From: Balanoglossus misakiensis
Lineage: Eukaryota > Animalia > Hemichordata
Reading direction: 5' to 3'
Assembly: GCA_040954595.2 (NCBI GenBank)
Contig: CM082588.2
Location: forward strand, 12,165,398 to 12,229,397
DNA length: 64,000 nt
The position numbers were made by a program, and so were the translations under genes. How positions within the stretch are numbered: position 1 is the first letter of the stretch; each line of letters starts with the position of its first letter. The notes beneath the pieces are model-generated. The model was not told the DNA's origin, did no database searches, and saw only the letters and a program-made list of their open reading frames with translations. Shown in pieces: positions 22,201 to 37,200 of this stretch.

Positions 22201-25200
22201 GTCACATAACTGGATATGTTTTACTAAAAAGACTTATGTTATAGTTTCAAGGCTTTGTTTTGGAATAACGAATTCTCTACAAGATTTAAGTGGAACAGTC
22301 ACAGAATGAAAACAAATATGGAAAGAGTTATGCCGGAATGTTGTAAGGAATAGAGTAATATTGCAAATAATTTAATTTCTTACATCATAAATGGAATTCA
22401 AAGAATGGTCACATAACTGGATATGTTTTACTAAAAAGACTTATGTATAGGTTCAATAATTTGTGTTGAAATACCAAATTCTCTACAAGATTTAAGTGGA
22501 ACAGTCACTGAATGAAAACAAATATAGAAAGAGTTATGCCTGAATGTTGTAAGGGATAGATTAATATTGCAAATAATTTAATTTCTTATATCATAAATGG
22601 AATTCAAAGAATGGTCACATAACGGGCCATGTTTTAGTAAAAAGACTTATGTATAGTTTCAAGGCTTTGTTTTGGAATAACGAATTCTCTCCAAGATTTA
22701 ATTTGAACAGTTACAGAATGAAAACAAATATTCACATAGTTATGCCAGAATGTTGTAAGGGATAGTTTAATATTGCAAATAATTTAATTTCTTACATCAT
22801 AAATGGAATTCAAAGAATGGTCACATAACGGGCCATGTTTTACAAAAAGACTTAATATGTATAGTTTCAAGGCTTTGTTTTGGAATAACGAATTCTCTAC
22901 AGGATTTAAGTGGAACAGTCACAGAATGAAAACAAATATGGAAAGAGTTATGCTGGAATGTTGTAAGGGATAGATTAATATTGCAAATAATTTAATTTCT
23001 TACATCATAAAATGAATTCAAAGAATGGTCACATAACAGGATATGTTTTACTAAAAAAACTTATGTATAGTTACAAGGCTTTGTTTTGGAATAACGAATT
23101 CTCTACAAGATTTAAGTGGAACAGTCACAGAATGAAAACAAATATGGAAAGAGTTATGCTGGAATGTTATAAGGGATAGATTAATATTGCAAATAATTTA
23201 ATTTCTTACATCATAAAAAAAATTCAAAGAATGGTCACATAACAGGAAATGTTTTACTAAAAAGACTTATGTTATAGTTTCAAGGCTTTGTTTTGGAATA
23301 ACGAATTCTCTACAAGATTTAAGTGGAAAGTCACAGAATGAAAACAAATATGGAAAGAGTTATGCCAGAATGTTGTAAGGAATAGATTAATATTGCAAAT
23401 AATTTAATTTCTTACATCACAAATGGAATTCAAAGAAACGTCACGTAACAGGATATGTATCGTTTCAAGGCTTTGTTTTGGAATAACAAATTCTCTACAA
23501 GATTTAAGTGGAACAGTCACAGAATGAAAACAAATATGGAAAGAGTTATGCTGGAATGTTATAAGGGATAGATTAATATTGCAAATAATTTAATTTCTTA
23601 CATCATAAAATGAATTCAAAGAATGGTCACATAACAGGATATGTTTTACTAAAAAGACTTATGTTATAGATTCAAGGCTTTGTTTTGGAATAACGAATTC
23701 TCTACAAGATTTAAGTGGAACAGTCACAGAATGAAAACAAATATTCAAATAGTTATGCTGGAATGTTGTAAGGGATAGATTAATATTGCAAATAATTTAA
23801 TTTCTTACATCATAAATGAAATTCAAAGAATGGTCACATAACGGGCCATGTTTTACTAAAAAGACTTATGTATAGTTTCAAGGTTTTGTTTTGGAATAAC
23901 GAATTCTCTACAAGATTTAAGTGGAATAGTCACAGAATGAAAACAAATATGGAAAGAGTTATGCTGGAATGTTGTAAGGGATAGATTAATATTGCAAATA
24001 ATTTAATTTCTTACATCATAAAATGAATTCAAAGAATGGTCACATAACAGGATATGTTTTACTAAAAAGACTTATGTTATAGTTTCAAGGCTTTGTTTTA
24101 GAATAACGAATTCTCTACAAGATTTAAGTGGAACAGTCACAGAATGAAAACAAATATGGAAAGAGTTATGCCGGAATGTTGTAAGGAATAGATTAATATC
24201 GCAAATAATTTAATTTCTTACATCATAAATGGAATTCAAAGAAAGGTCACGTAACAGGATATGTATAGTTTCAAGCCTTTGTTTTGGAGTAACGAATTCT
24301 CTACAAGATTTAAGTGGAACAGTCACAGAATGAAAACAAATATGGAAAGAGTTATGCTGAAATGTTGTAAGGGATAGATTAATATTGCATAAAATTTAAT
24401 TTCTTACATCATAAATGGAATTCAAAGAATGGTCACATAACTGGATATGTTTTACTAAAAAGACTTATGTATAGGTTCAAGAATTTGTGTTGAAATACCA
24501 AATTCTCTACAAGATTTAAGTGGAACAGTCACAGAATGAAAACAAATATGGAAAGAGATATGTCGGAATGTTGTAAGGGATAGATTAATATTGCAAATAA
24601 TTTAATTTCTTACATCATAAATGGAAACCAAAGAATGGTCACATAACGGGCCATGTTTTACAAAAAGACTTATGTATAGTTTCAAGGCTTTGTTTTGGAA
24701 TAACGAATTCTCTACAAGATTTAACAGGAATAGTCACAGAATGAAAACAAATATGGAAAGAGTTATGCTGGAATGTTGTAAGGGATAGATTAATATTGCA
24801 AATAATTTAATTTCTTACATCATAAAATGAATTCAAAGAATGGTCACATAACAGGATATGTTTTACGAAAAAGACTTATGTTATAGTTTCAAGGCTTTGT
24901 TTTGGAATAACGAATTCTCTACAAGATTTAAGTGGAACAGTCACAGAATGAAAACAAATATGGAAAGAGTTATGCCGGAATGTTGTAAGGAATAGATTAA
25001 TATTGCAAATAATTTAATTTCTTACATCATAAATGGAATTCAAAGAAAGGTCACGTAACAGGATATGTATAATTTCAAGCCTTTGTTTTGGAGTAACGAA
25101 TTCTCTACAAGATTTAAGTGGAACAGTCACAGAATGAAAACAAATATGGAAAGAGTTATGCTGAAATGTTGTAAGGGATAGATTAATATTGCATAAAATT

Positions 25201-28200
25201 TAATTTCTTACATCATAAATGGAATTCAAAGAATGGTCACATAACGGGCCATGTTTTACTAAAAAGACTTATGTATAGTTTCAAGGCTTTGTTTGGAATA
25301 ACGAATTCTCTCCAAGATTTAAGTTGAACAGTTACAGAATGAAAACAAATATTCAAATAGTTATGCTGGAATGTTGTAAGGGATAGTTTAATATTGCAAA
25401 TAATTTAATTTCTTACATCATAAATGAAATTCAAAGAATGGTCACATAACGGGCCATGTTTTACTAAAAAGACTTATGTATAGTTTCAAGGTTTTGTTTT
25501 GGAATAACGGATTCTCTACAAGATTTAAGTGGAATAGTCACAGAATGAAAACAAATATGGAAAGAGTTATGCTGGAATGTTGTAAGGGATAGATTAATAT
25601 TGCAAATAATTTAATTTCTTACATCATAAAATGAATTCAAAGAATGGTCACATAACAGGATATGTTTTACTAAAAAGACTTATGTTATAGTTTCAAGGCT
25701 TTGTTTTGGAATAACGAATTCTCTACAAGATTTAAGTGGAACAGTCACAGAATGAACACAAATATGGAAAGAGATATGTCGGAATAAGGTAAGGGATAGA
25801 TCAATATTGCAAATAATTTAATTTCTTACATCATAAATGGAATTCAAAGAAAGGTCACGTAACAGGACATGTATAGTTTCAAGCCTTTGTTTTGGAGTAA
25901 CGAATTCTCTACAAGATTTAAGTGGAACAGTCACAGAATGAAAACAAATATGGAAAGAGTTATGCTGAAATGTTGTAAGGGATAGATTAATATTGCATAA
26001 AATTTAATTTCTTACATCATAAATTGAATTCAAAGAATGGTCACATAACTGGATATGTTTTACTAAAAAGACTTATGTATAGGTTCAAGAATTTGTGTTG
26101 AAATACCAAATTCTCTACAAGATTTAAGTGGAACAGTCACAGAATGAACACAAATATGGAAAGAGATATGTCGGAATAAGGTAAGGGATAGATTAATATT
26201 GCAAATAATTTAATTTCTTACATCATAAATGGAATTCAAAGAATGGTCACATAACGGGCCATGTTTTACTAAAAAGACTTATGTATAGTTTCAAGCCTTT
26301 GTTTTGGAATAACGAATTCTCTCCAAGATTTAAGTTGAACAGTTACAGAATGAAAAGCAATATTCAAATAGTTATGCTGAAATGTTGTAAGGGATAGTTT
26401 AATATTGCAAATAATTTAATTTCCTACATCATAAATGAAATTCAAAGAATGGTCAAATAACGGGCCATGTTTTACTAAAAAGACTTAATATGTATAGTTT
26501 GAAGGCTTTGTTTTGGAATAACGAATTCTCTACAAGATTTAAGTGGAACAGTCACAGAATGAAAACAAATATGGAAAGCGTTATGCCGGAATGTTGTAAG
26601 GGATAGATAATTATTGCAAATAATTTAATTTCTTACATCATAAATGGAAACCAAAGAATGGTCACATAACGGGCCATGTTTTACAAAAAGACTTATGTAT
26701 AGTTTCAAGGCTTTGTTTTGGAATAACGAATTCTCTACAAGATTTAAGTGGAATAGTCACAGAATGAAAACAAATATGGAAAGAGTTATGCTGGAATGTT
26801 GTAAGGGATAGATTAATATTGCAAATAATTTAATTTCTTACATCATAAAATGAATTCAAAGAATGGTCACATAACAGGATATGTTTTACGAAAAAGACTT
26901 ATGTTATAGTTTCAAGGCTTTGTTTTGGAATAACGAATTATCTACAAGATTTAAGTGGAACAGTCACAGAATGAAAACAAATATGGAAAGAGTTATGCCG
27001 AAATGTTGTAAGGAATAGATTAATATTGCAAATAATTTAATTTCTTACATCATAAATGGAATTCAAAGAAAGGTCACGTAACAGGATATGTATAATTTCA
27101 AGCCTTTGTTTTGGATTAACGAATTCTCTACAAGATTTAAGTGGAACAGTCACAGAATGAAAACAAATATGGAAAGAGTTATGCTGAAATGTTGTAAGGG
27201 ATAGATTAATATTGCATAAAATTTAATTTCTTACATCATAAATGGAATTCAAAGAATGGTCACATAACTGGATATGTTTTACTAAAAAGACTTATGTATA
27301 GGTTCAAGAATTTGTGTTGAAATATCAAATTCTCTACAAGATTTAAGTGGAACAGTCACAGAATGAAAACTAATATGGAAAGAGTTATGTCGGAATGTTG
27401 TAAGGGATAGATTAATATTGCAAATAATTTAATTTCTTACATCATAAATGGAATTCAACGAATGGTCACATAACGGGCCATGTTTTACTAAAAAGACTTA
27501 TGTATAGTTTCAAGGCTTTGTTTTGGAATAACGAATTATCTACGAGATTTAAGTGGAACAGTCACAGAATGAAAACAAATATGGAAAGAGTTATGCTGAA
27601 ATGTTGTAAGGGATAGATTAATATTGCATAAAATTTAATTTCTTACATCATAAATTGAATTCAAAGAATGGTCACATAACTGGATATGTTTTACTAAAAA
27701 GACTTATGTATAGGTTCAAGAATTTGTGTTGAAATACCAAATTCTCTACAAGATTTAAGTGGAACAGTCACAGAATGAACACAAATATGGAAAGAGATAT
27801 GTCGGAATAAGGTAAGGGATAGATTAATATTGCAAATAATTGAATTTCTTACATCATAAATGGAATTCAAAGAATGGTCACATAACGGGCCATGTTTTAC
27901 TAAAAAGACTTATGTATAGTTTCAAGCCTTTGTTTTGGAATAACGAATTCTCTCCAAGATTTAAGTTGAACAGTTACAGAATGAAAAGCAATATTCAAAT
28001 AGTTATGCTGAAATGTTGTAAGGGATAGTTTAATATTGCAAATAATTTAATTTCTTACATCATAAATGAAATTCAAAGAATGGTCAAATAACGGGCCATG
28101 TTTTTCTAAAAAGACTTAATATGTATAGTTTGAAGGCTTTGTTTTGGAATAACGAATTCTCTACAAAATTTAAGTGGAACAGTCACAGAATGAAAACAAA

Positions 28201-31200
28201 TATGGAAAGCGTTATGCCGGAATGTTGTAAGGGATAGATAATTATTGCAAATAATTTAATTTCTTACATCATAAATGGAAACCAAAGAATGGTCACATAA
28301 CGGGCCATGTTTTACAAAAAGACTTATGTATAGTTTCAAGGCTTTGTTTTGGAATAACGAATTATCTACAAGATTTAAGTGGAATAGTCACAGAATGAAA
28401 ACAAATATGGAAAGAGTTATGCTGGAATGTTGTAAGGGATAGATTAATATTGCAAATAATTTAATTTCTTACATCATAAAATGAATTCAAAGAATGGTCA
28501 CATAACAGGATATGTTTTACGAAAAAGACTTATGTTATAGTTTCAAGGCTTTGTTTTGGAATAACGAATTATCTACAAGATTTAAGTGGAACAGTCACAG
28601 AATGAAAACAAATATGGAAAGAGTTATGCCGGAATGTTGTAAGGAATAGATTAATATTGCAAATAATTTAATTTCTTACATCATAAATGGAATTCAAAGA
28701 AAGGTCACGTAACAGGATATGTATAATTTCAAGCCTTTGTTTTGGATTAACGAATTCTCTACAAGATTTAAGTGGAACAGTCACAGAATGAAAACAAATA
28801 TGGAAAGAGTTATGCTGAAATGTTGTAAGGGATAGATTAATATTGCATAAAATTTAATTTCTTACATCATAAATGGAATTCAAAGAATGGTCACATAACT
28901 GGATATGTTTTACTAAAAAGACTTATGTATAGGTTCAAGAATTTGTGTTGAAATACCAAATTCTCTACAAGATTTAAGTGGAACAGTCACAGAATGAAAA
29001 CTAATATGGAAAGAGTTATGTCGGAATGTTGTAAGGGATAGATTAATATTGCAAATAATTTAATTTCTTACATCATAAATGGAATTCAACGAATGGTCAC
29101 ATAACGGGCCATGTTTTACTAAAAAGACTTATGTATAGTTTCAAGGCTTTGTTTTGGAATAACGAATTATCTACAAGATTTAAGTGGAACAGTCACAAAA
29201 TGAAAACAAATATGGAAAGAGTTATGCCGGAATGTTGTAAGGGATAGATTAATATTGCAAATAATTTAATTTCTTACATCATAAATGGAATTCAACGAAT
29301 GGTCACATAACGGGCCATGTTTTACTAAAAAAACTTATGTATAGTTTCAAGGCTTTGTTTTGGAATAACGAATTATCTACAAGATTTAAGTGGAACAGTC
29401 ACAAAATGAAAACAAATATGGAAAGAGTTATGCCGGAATGTTGTAAGGGATAGATTAATATTGCAAATAATTTAATTTCTTACATCATAAAATGAATTCA
29501 AAGAATGGTCACATAACAGGATATGTTTTACGAAAAAGACTTATGTTATAGTTTCAAGGCTTTGTTTTGGAATAACGAATTATCTACAAGATTTAAGTGG
29601 AACAGTCACAGAATGAAAACAAATATGGAAAGAGTTATGCCGGAATGTTGTAAGGAATAGATTAATATTGCAAATAATTTAATTTCTTACATCATAAATG
29701 GAATTCAAAGAAAGGTCACGTAACAGGATATGTATAATTTCAAGCCTTTGTTTTGGATTAACGAATTCTCTACAAGATTTAAGTGGAACAGTCACAGAAT
29801 GAAAACAAATATGGAAAGAGTTATGCTGAAATGTTGTAAGGGATAGATTAATATTGCATAAAATTTAATTTCTTACATCATAAATGGAATTCAAAGAATG
29901 GTCACATAACTGGATATGTTTTACTAAAAAGACTTATGTATAGGTTCAAGAATTTGTGTTGAAATACCAAATTCTCTACAAGATTTAAGTGGAACAGTCA
30001 CAGAATGAATACTAATATGGAAAGAGTTATGTCGGAATGTTGTAAGGGATAGATTAATATTGCAAATAATTTAATTTCTTACATCATAAATGGAATTCAA
30101 CGAATGGTCACATAACGGGCCATGTTTTACTAAAAAGACTTATGTATAGTTTCAAGGCTTTGTTTTGGAATAACGAATTCTCTCCAAGATATAAGTTGAA
30201 CAGTTACAAAATGAAAACAAATATTCAAATAGTTATGCTGGAATGTTGTAAGGGATAGTTTAATATTGCAAATAATTTAATTTCTTACATCATAAATGGT
30301 ATTCAAAGAATGGTCAAATAACGGGCCATGTTTTACTAAAAAGACTTAATATGTATAGTTTGAAGGCTTTGTTTTGGAATAACGAATTATCTACAAGATT
30401 TAAGTGGAACTGTCACAGAATGAAAACAAATATGGAAAGCGTTATGCCGGAATGTTGTAAGGGATAGATAATTATTGCAAATAATTTAATTTCTTACATC
30501 ATAAATGGAATTCAAAGAATGGTCACATAACGGGCCATGTTTTAAAAAAAGACTTATGTATAATTTGAAGGCTTTGTTTTGGAATGACGAATTCTCTACA
30601 AGATTTAAGTGGAACAGTCACAGAATGAAAACAAATATCGAAAGAGTTATGCTGAAATGTTGTAAGGGATAGATTAATATTGCATAAAATTTAATTTCTT
30701 ACATCATAAATGGAATTCAAAGAATGGTCACATAACTGGATATGTTTTACTAAAAAGACTTATGTATAGGTTCAAGAATTTGTGTTGAATTACCAAATTC
30801 TCTACAAGATTTAAGTGGAACAGTCACAGAATGAAAACAAATATAGAAAGAGTTATGCCGGAATGTTGTAAGTGATAGAATAAAATTGCAAATAATTTAA
30901 TTTCTTATATCATAAATGGAATTCAAAGAATGGTCACATAACGGGCCATGTTTTAGTAAAAAGACTTATGTATAGTTTCAAGGCTTTGTTTTGGAATAAC
31001 GAATTCTCTACAAGATTTAATTTGAACAGTTACAGAATGAAAATAAATATTCAAATAGTTATGCTGGAATGTTGTAAGGGATAGTTTAATATTGCAAATA
31101 ATTTAATTTCTTACATCATAAATGAAATTCAAAGAATGGTCAAATCACAGGCCATGTTTTACTAAAAAGATTTATATATAGTTTCAAGGCTGTGTTTTGG

Positions 31201-34200
31201 AATAATGAATTCTCTACAAGATTTAAGTGGAACAGTCACAGAATGAAAACAAATATGGAAAGAGTTATGCCGGAATGTTGTAAGGAATAGATTAATATTG
31301 CAAATAATTTAATTTCTTACATCATAAATGGAATTCAAAGAAACGTCACGTAACAGGATATGTATAGTTTCAAGGCTTTATTTTGGAATAACGAATTCTC
31401 TACAAGATTTAAGTGGAACAGTCACAAAATGAAAACAAATATTCAAATAGTTATGCTGGAATGTTGTAAATGATAGTTTAATATTGCAAATAATTTAATT
31501 TCTTATATCATAAATGGAATTCAAAGAATGGTCACATAACGGGCCATGTTTTAGTAAAAAGACTTATGTATAGTTTCAAGGCTTTGTTTTGGAATAACGA
31601 ATTCTCTACAAGATTTAAGTTGAACAGTTACAGAATGAAAATAAATATTCAAATAGTTATGCTGGAATGTTGTAAGGGATAGTTTAATATTGCAAATAAT
31701 TTAATTTCTTACATCATAAATGAAATTCAAAGAATGGTCAAATCACAGGCCATGTTTTACTAAAAAGATTTATATATAGTTTCAAGGCGTTGTTTTGGAA
31801 TAACGAATTCTCTACAAGAATTAAGTGGAACAGTCACAGAATGAAAACAAATATGGAAAGCGTTATGCCGGAATGTTGTAAGGGATAGATTAATATTACA
31901 AATAATTTAATTTCTTACATCATAAAATGAATTCAAAGAATGGTCACATAACAGGATATGTTTTACTAAAAAGACTTATGTTATAGTTTCAAGGCTTTGT
32001 TTTGGAATAACGAATTCTCTACAAGATTTAAGTGGAACAGTCACAGAATGAAAACAAATATGGAAAGAGTTATGCCGGAATGTTGTAAGGAATAGATTAA
32101 TATTGCAAATAATTTAATTTCTTACATCATAAATGGAATTCAAAGAAACGTCACGTAACAGGATATGTATAGTTTCAAGGCTTTGTTTTGAAATAACGAA
32201 TTCTCTACAAGATTTAAGTGGAACAGTCACAGAATGAAAACAAATATTCAAATAGTTATGCTGGAATGTTGTAAATGATAGTTTAATATTGCAAATAATT
32301 TAATTTCTTACATCATAAATGGAATTCAAAGAAACGTCACGTAACAGGATATGTATAGTTTTTAAGCCTTTGTTTTGGAGTAACGAATTCTCTACAAGAT
32401 TTAAGTGGAACACTCACAGAATGAAAACAAATATGGAAAGAGTTATGCTGAAATGTTGTAAGGGATAGATTAACATTGCATAAAATTTAATTTCTTACAT
32501 CATAAATGGAATTCAAAGAATGGTCACATAACTGGATATGTTTTACTAAAAAGACTTATGTATAGGTTCAAGAATTTATGTTGAAATACCAAATTCTCTA
32601 CAAGATTTAAGTGGAACAGTCACGGAATGAAAACAAATATAGAAAGAGTTATGCCGGAATGTTGTAAGGGATAGATTAATATTGCAAATAATTTAATTTC
32701 TTATATCATAAATGGAATTCAAAGAATGGTCACATAACGGGCCATGTTTTAGTAAAAAGACTTATGTATAGTTTCAAGGCTTTGTTTTTGGAATAACGAA
32801 TTCTCTACAAGATTTAAGTTGAACAGTTACAGAATGAAAAGAAATATTCAAATAGTTATGCTGGAATGTTGTAAGGGATAGTTTAATATTGCAAATAATT
32901 TAATTTCTTACATCATCAATGAAATTCAAAGAATGGTCAAATCACGGGCCATGTTTTACTAAAAAGACTCATATATAGTTTCAAGGCTTTGTTTTGGAAT
33001 AACGAATTCTCTACACGATTTAAGTGGAACAGTCACAGAATGAAAACAAATATGGAAAGCGTTATGCCGGAATGTAGTAAGGGATAGATTAATATTGCAA
33101 ATAATTTAATTTCTTACATCATAAAATGAATTCAAAGAATGGTCACATAACAGGATATGTTTTACTAAAAAGACTTATGTTATAGTTTCAAGGCTTTGTT
33201 TTGGAATAACGAATTCTCTACAAGATTTAAGTGGAACAGTCACAGAATGAAAACAAATATGGAAAGAGTTATGCCGGAATGTTGTAAGGAATAGAGTAAT
33301 ATTGCAAATAATTTAATTTCTTACATCATAAATGGAATTCAAAGAAACGTCACGTAACAGGATATGTATAGTTTCAAGGCTTTGTTTTGGAATAACGAAT
33401 TCTCTACAAGATTTAAGTGGAACAGTCACAGAATGAAAACAAATATGGAAATAGTTATGCTGGAATGTTGTAAGGGATAGATTAATATTGCAAAAAATTT
33501 AATTTCTTACATCATAAATGGAATTCAAAGAAAGGTCACGTAACATGATATGTATAGTTTTTAAGCCTTTGTTTTGGAGTAACGAATTCTCTACAAGATT
33601 TAAGTGGAACACTCACAGAATGAAAACAAATATGGAAAGAGTTATGCTGAAATGTTGTAAGGGATAGATTAACATTGCATAAAATTTAATTTCTTACATC
33701 ATAAATGGAATTCAAAGAATGGTCACATAACTGGATATGTTTTACTAAAAAGACTTATGTATAGGTTCAAGAATTTATGTTGAAATACCAAATTCTCTAC
33801 AAGATTTAAGTGGAACAGTCACGGAATGAAAACAAATATAGAAAGAGTTATGCCTGAATGTTGTAAGGGATAGATTAATATTGCAAATAATTTAATTTCT
33901 TATATCATAAATGGAATTCAAAGAATGGTCACATAACGGGCCATGTTTTAGTAAAAAGACTTATGTATAGTTTCAAGGCTTTGTTTTTGGAATAACGAAT
34001 TCTCTACAAGATTTAAGTTGAACAGTTACAGAATGAAAAGAAATATTCAAATAGTTATGCTGGAATGTTGTAAGGGATAGTTTAATATTGCAAATAATTT
34101 AATTTCTTACATCATAAATGAAATTCAAAGAATGGTCAAATCACGGGCCATGTTTTACTAAAAAGACTCATATATAGTTTCAAGGCTTTTTTTTGGAATA

Positions 34201-37200
34201 ACGAATTTTCTACAAGATTTAAGTGGAACAGTTACAGAATGAAAACAAATATGGAAAGCGTTATGCCGGAATGTAGTAAGGGATAGATTAATATTGCAAA
34301 TAATTTAATTTCTTACATCATAAACTGAATTCAAAGAATGGTCACATAACAGGATATGTTTTACTAAAAAGACTTATAGTATAGTTTCAAGGCTTTGTTT
34401 TGGAATAACGAATTCTCTACAAGATTTAAGTGGAACAGTCACAGAATGAAAACAAATATGGAAAGAGTTATGCCGGAATGTTGTAAGGAATAGATTAATA
34501 TTGCAAATAATTTAATTTCTTACATCATAAATGGAATTCAAAGAAATGTCACGTAACAGGATATGTATAGTTTCAAGCCTTTGTTTTGGAGTAACGAATT
34601 CTCTACAAGATTTAAGTGGAACAGTCACAGAATGAAAACAAATATGGAAATAGTTATGCTGAAATGTTGTAAGGGATAGATTAATATTGCATACAATTTA
34701 ATTTCTTACATCATAAATGGAATTCAAATAATGGTCACATAACAGGATATGTTTTACTAAAAAGACTTATGTATAGGTTCAAGAATTTGTGTTGAAATAC
34801 CAAATTCTCTACAATATTTAAGTGGAACAGTCACAGAATGAAAACAAATATAGAAAAATGTATGCCTGAATGTTGTAAGGGATAGATTAATATTGCAAAT
34901 AATTTAATTTCTTATATCATAAATGGAATTCAAAGAATGGTCACATAACGGGCCATGTTTTAGTAAAAAGACTTATGTATAGTTTCAAGGCTTTGTTTTG
35001 GAATAACGAATTCTCTCCAAGATTTAAGTTGAACAGTCACAGAATGAAAACAAATATTCAAATAGTTATGTTGGAATGTTGTAAGGGATAGTTTAATATT
35101 GCAAATAATTTAATTTCTTACATCATAAATGAAATTCAAAGAATGGTCAAATAACGGGCCCTGTTTTACTAAAAAGACTTAATATGTATAGTTTGAAGGC
35201 TTTGTTTTGTAATAACGAATTCTCTACAAGATTTAAGTGGAACAGTCACAGAATGAAAACAAATATGGAAAGAGTTATGTCGGAATGCTGTAAGGGATAG
35301 ATTAATATTGCAAATAATTTAATTTCTTACATCATAAATGGAATTCAAAGAAACGTCACGTAACAGGATATGTATAGTTTCAAGGCTTTGTTTTGGAATA
35401 ACGAATTCTCTACAAGATTTAAGTGGAACAGTCACAGAATGAAAACAATTATGGAAAGAGTTTTGTCGGAATGTTGTAAGGGATAGATTAATATTGCAAA
35501 TAATTTAATTTCTTACATCATAAATGGAATTCAAAGAATGGTCACATAACGGGCCATGTTTTACTAAAAAGACTTATGTATAGTTTCAAGGCTTTGTTTT
35601 GGAATAACGAATTCTCTCCAAGATTTAAGTTGAACAGTTACAGAATGAAAACAAATATTCAAATAGTTATGCCAGAATGTTGTAAGGGATAGATTAATAT
35701 TGCAAATAATTTAATTTCTTACATCATAAATGGAATTCAAAGAATGGTCACATAACGGGCCATGTTTTACAAAAAGACTTTTGTATAGTTTCAAGGCTTT
35801 GTTTTGGAATAACGAATTCTCTACAGGATTTAAGTGGAACAGTCACAGAATGAAAACAAATATGGAAAGAGTTATGCTGGAATGTTGTAAGGGATAGATT
35901 AATATTGCAAATAATTTAATTTCTTACATCATAAAATGAATTCAAAGAATGGTCACATAACAGGATATGTTTTACTAAAAAGACTTATGTATAGTTACAA
36001 GGCTTTGTTTTGGAATAACGAATTCTCTACAAGATTTAAGTGGAACAGTCACAGAATGAAAACAAATATGGAAAGAGTTATGCTGGAATGTTATAAGGGA
36101 TAGATTAATATTGCAAATAATTTAATTTCTTACATCATAAAATAAATTCAAAGAATGGTCACATAACAGGATATGTTTTACTAAAAAGACTTATGTTATA
36201 GTTTCAAGGCTTTGTTTTGGAATAACGAATTCTCTACAAGATTTAAGTGGAACAGTCACAGAATGAAAACAAATATGGAAAGAGTTATGTCGGTATGTTG
36301 TAAGGGATAGATTAATATTGCAAATAATTTAATTTCTTACATCATAAATGGAATTCAAAGAATGGTCACATAACGGGCCATGTTTTACTAAAAAGACTTA
36401 TGTATAGTTTCAAGGCTTTGTTTTGGAATAACGAATTCTCTCCAAGATTTAAGTTGAACAGTTACAGAATGAAAACAAATATTCAAATAGTTATGCCAGA
36501 ATGTTGTAAGGGATAGATTAATATTGCAAATAATTTAATTTCTTACATCATAAATGGAATTCAAAGAATGGTCACATAATGGGCCATGTTTTACAAAAAG
36601 ACTTTTGTATAGTTTCACGGCTTTGTTTTGGAATAACGAATTCTCTACAGGATTTAAGTGGAACAGTCACAGAATGAAAACAAATATGGAAAGAGTTATA
36701 CTGGAATGTTGTAAGGGATAGATTAATATTGCAAATAATTTAATTTCTTACATCATAAAATGAATTCAAACAATGGTCACATAACAGGATATGTTTTACT
36801 AAAAAGACTTATGTATAGTTACAAGGCTTTGTTTTGGAATAACGAATTCTCTACAAGATTTAAGTGGAACAGTCACAGAATGAAAACAAATATGGAAAGA
36901 GTTATGCTGGAATGTTATAAGGGATAGATTAATATTGCAAATAATTTAATTTCTTACATCATAAAACGAATTCAAAGAATGGTCACATAACAGGATATGT
37001 TTTACTAAAAAGACTTATGTTATAGATTCAAGGCTTTGTTTTGGAATAACAAATTCTCTACAAGATTTAAGTGGAACAGTCACAGAATGAAAACAAATAT
37101 GGAAAGAGTTATGCCGGAATGTTGTAAGGGATAGATTAATATTGCAAAAAATTTAATTTCTTACATCATAAATGGAATTCAAAGACAGGTCACGTAACAG

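Noticed and set aside
4860-28028. Short ORFs within the satellite (4860, 6861, 16689, 20176, 21417, 27840)
   Set aside because: Chance open frames in tandem monomers created by single variants. No protein motifs, and neighbouring monomers are closed.
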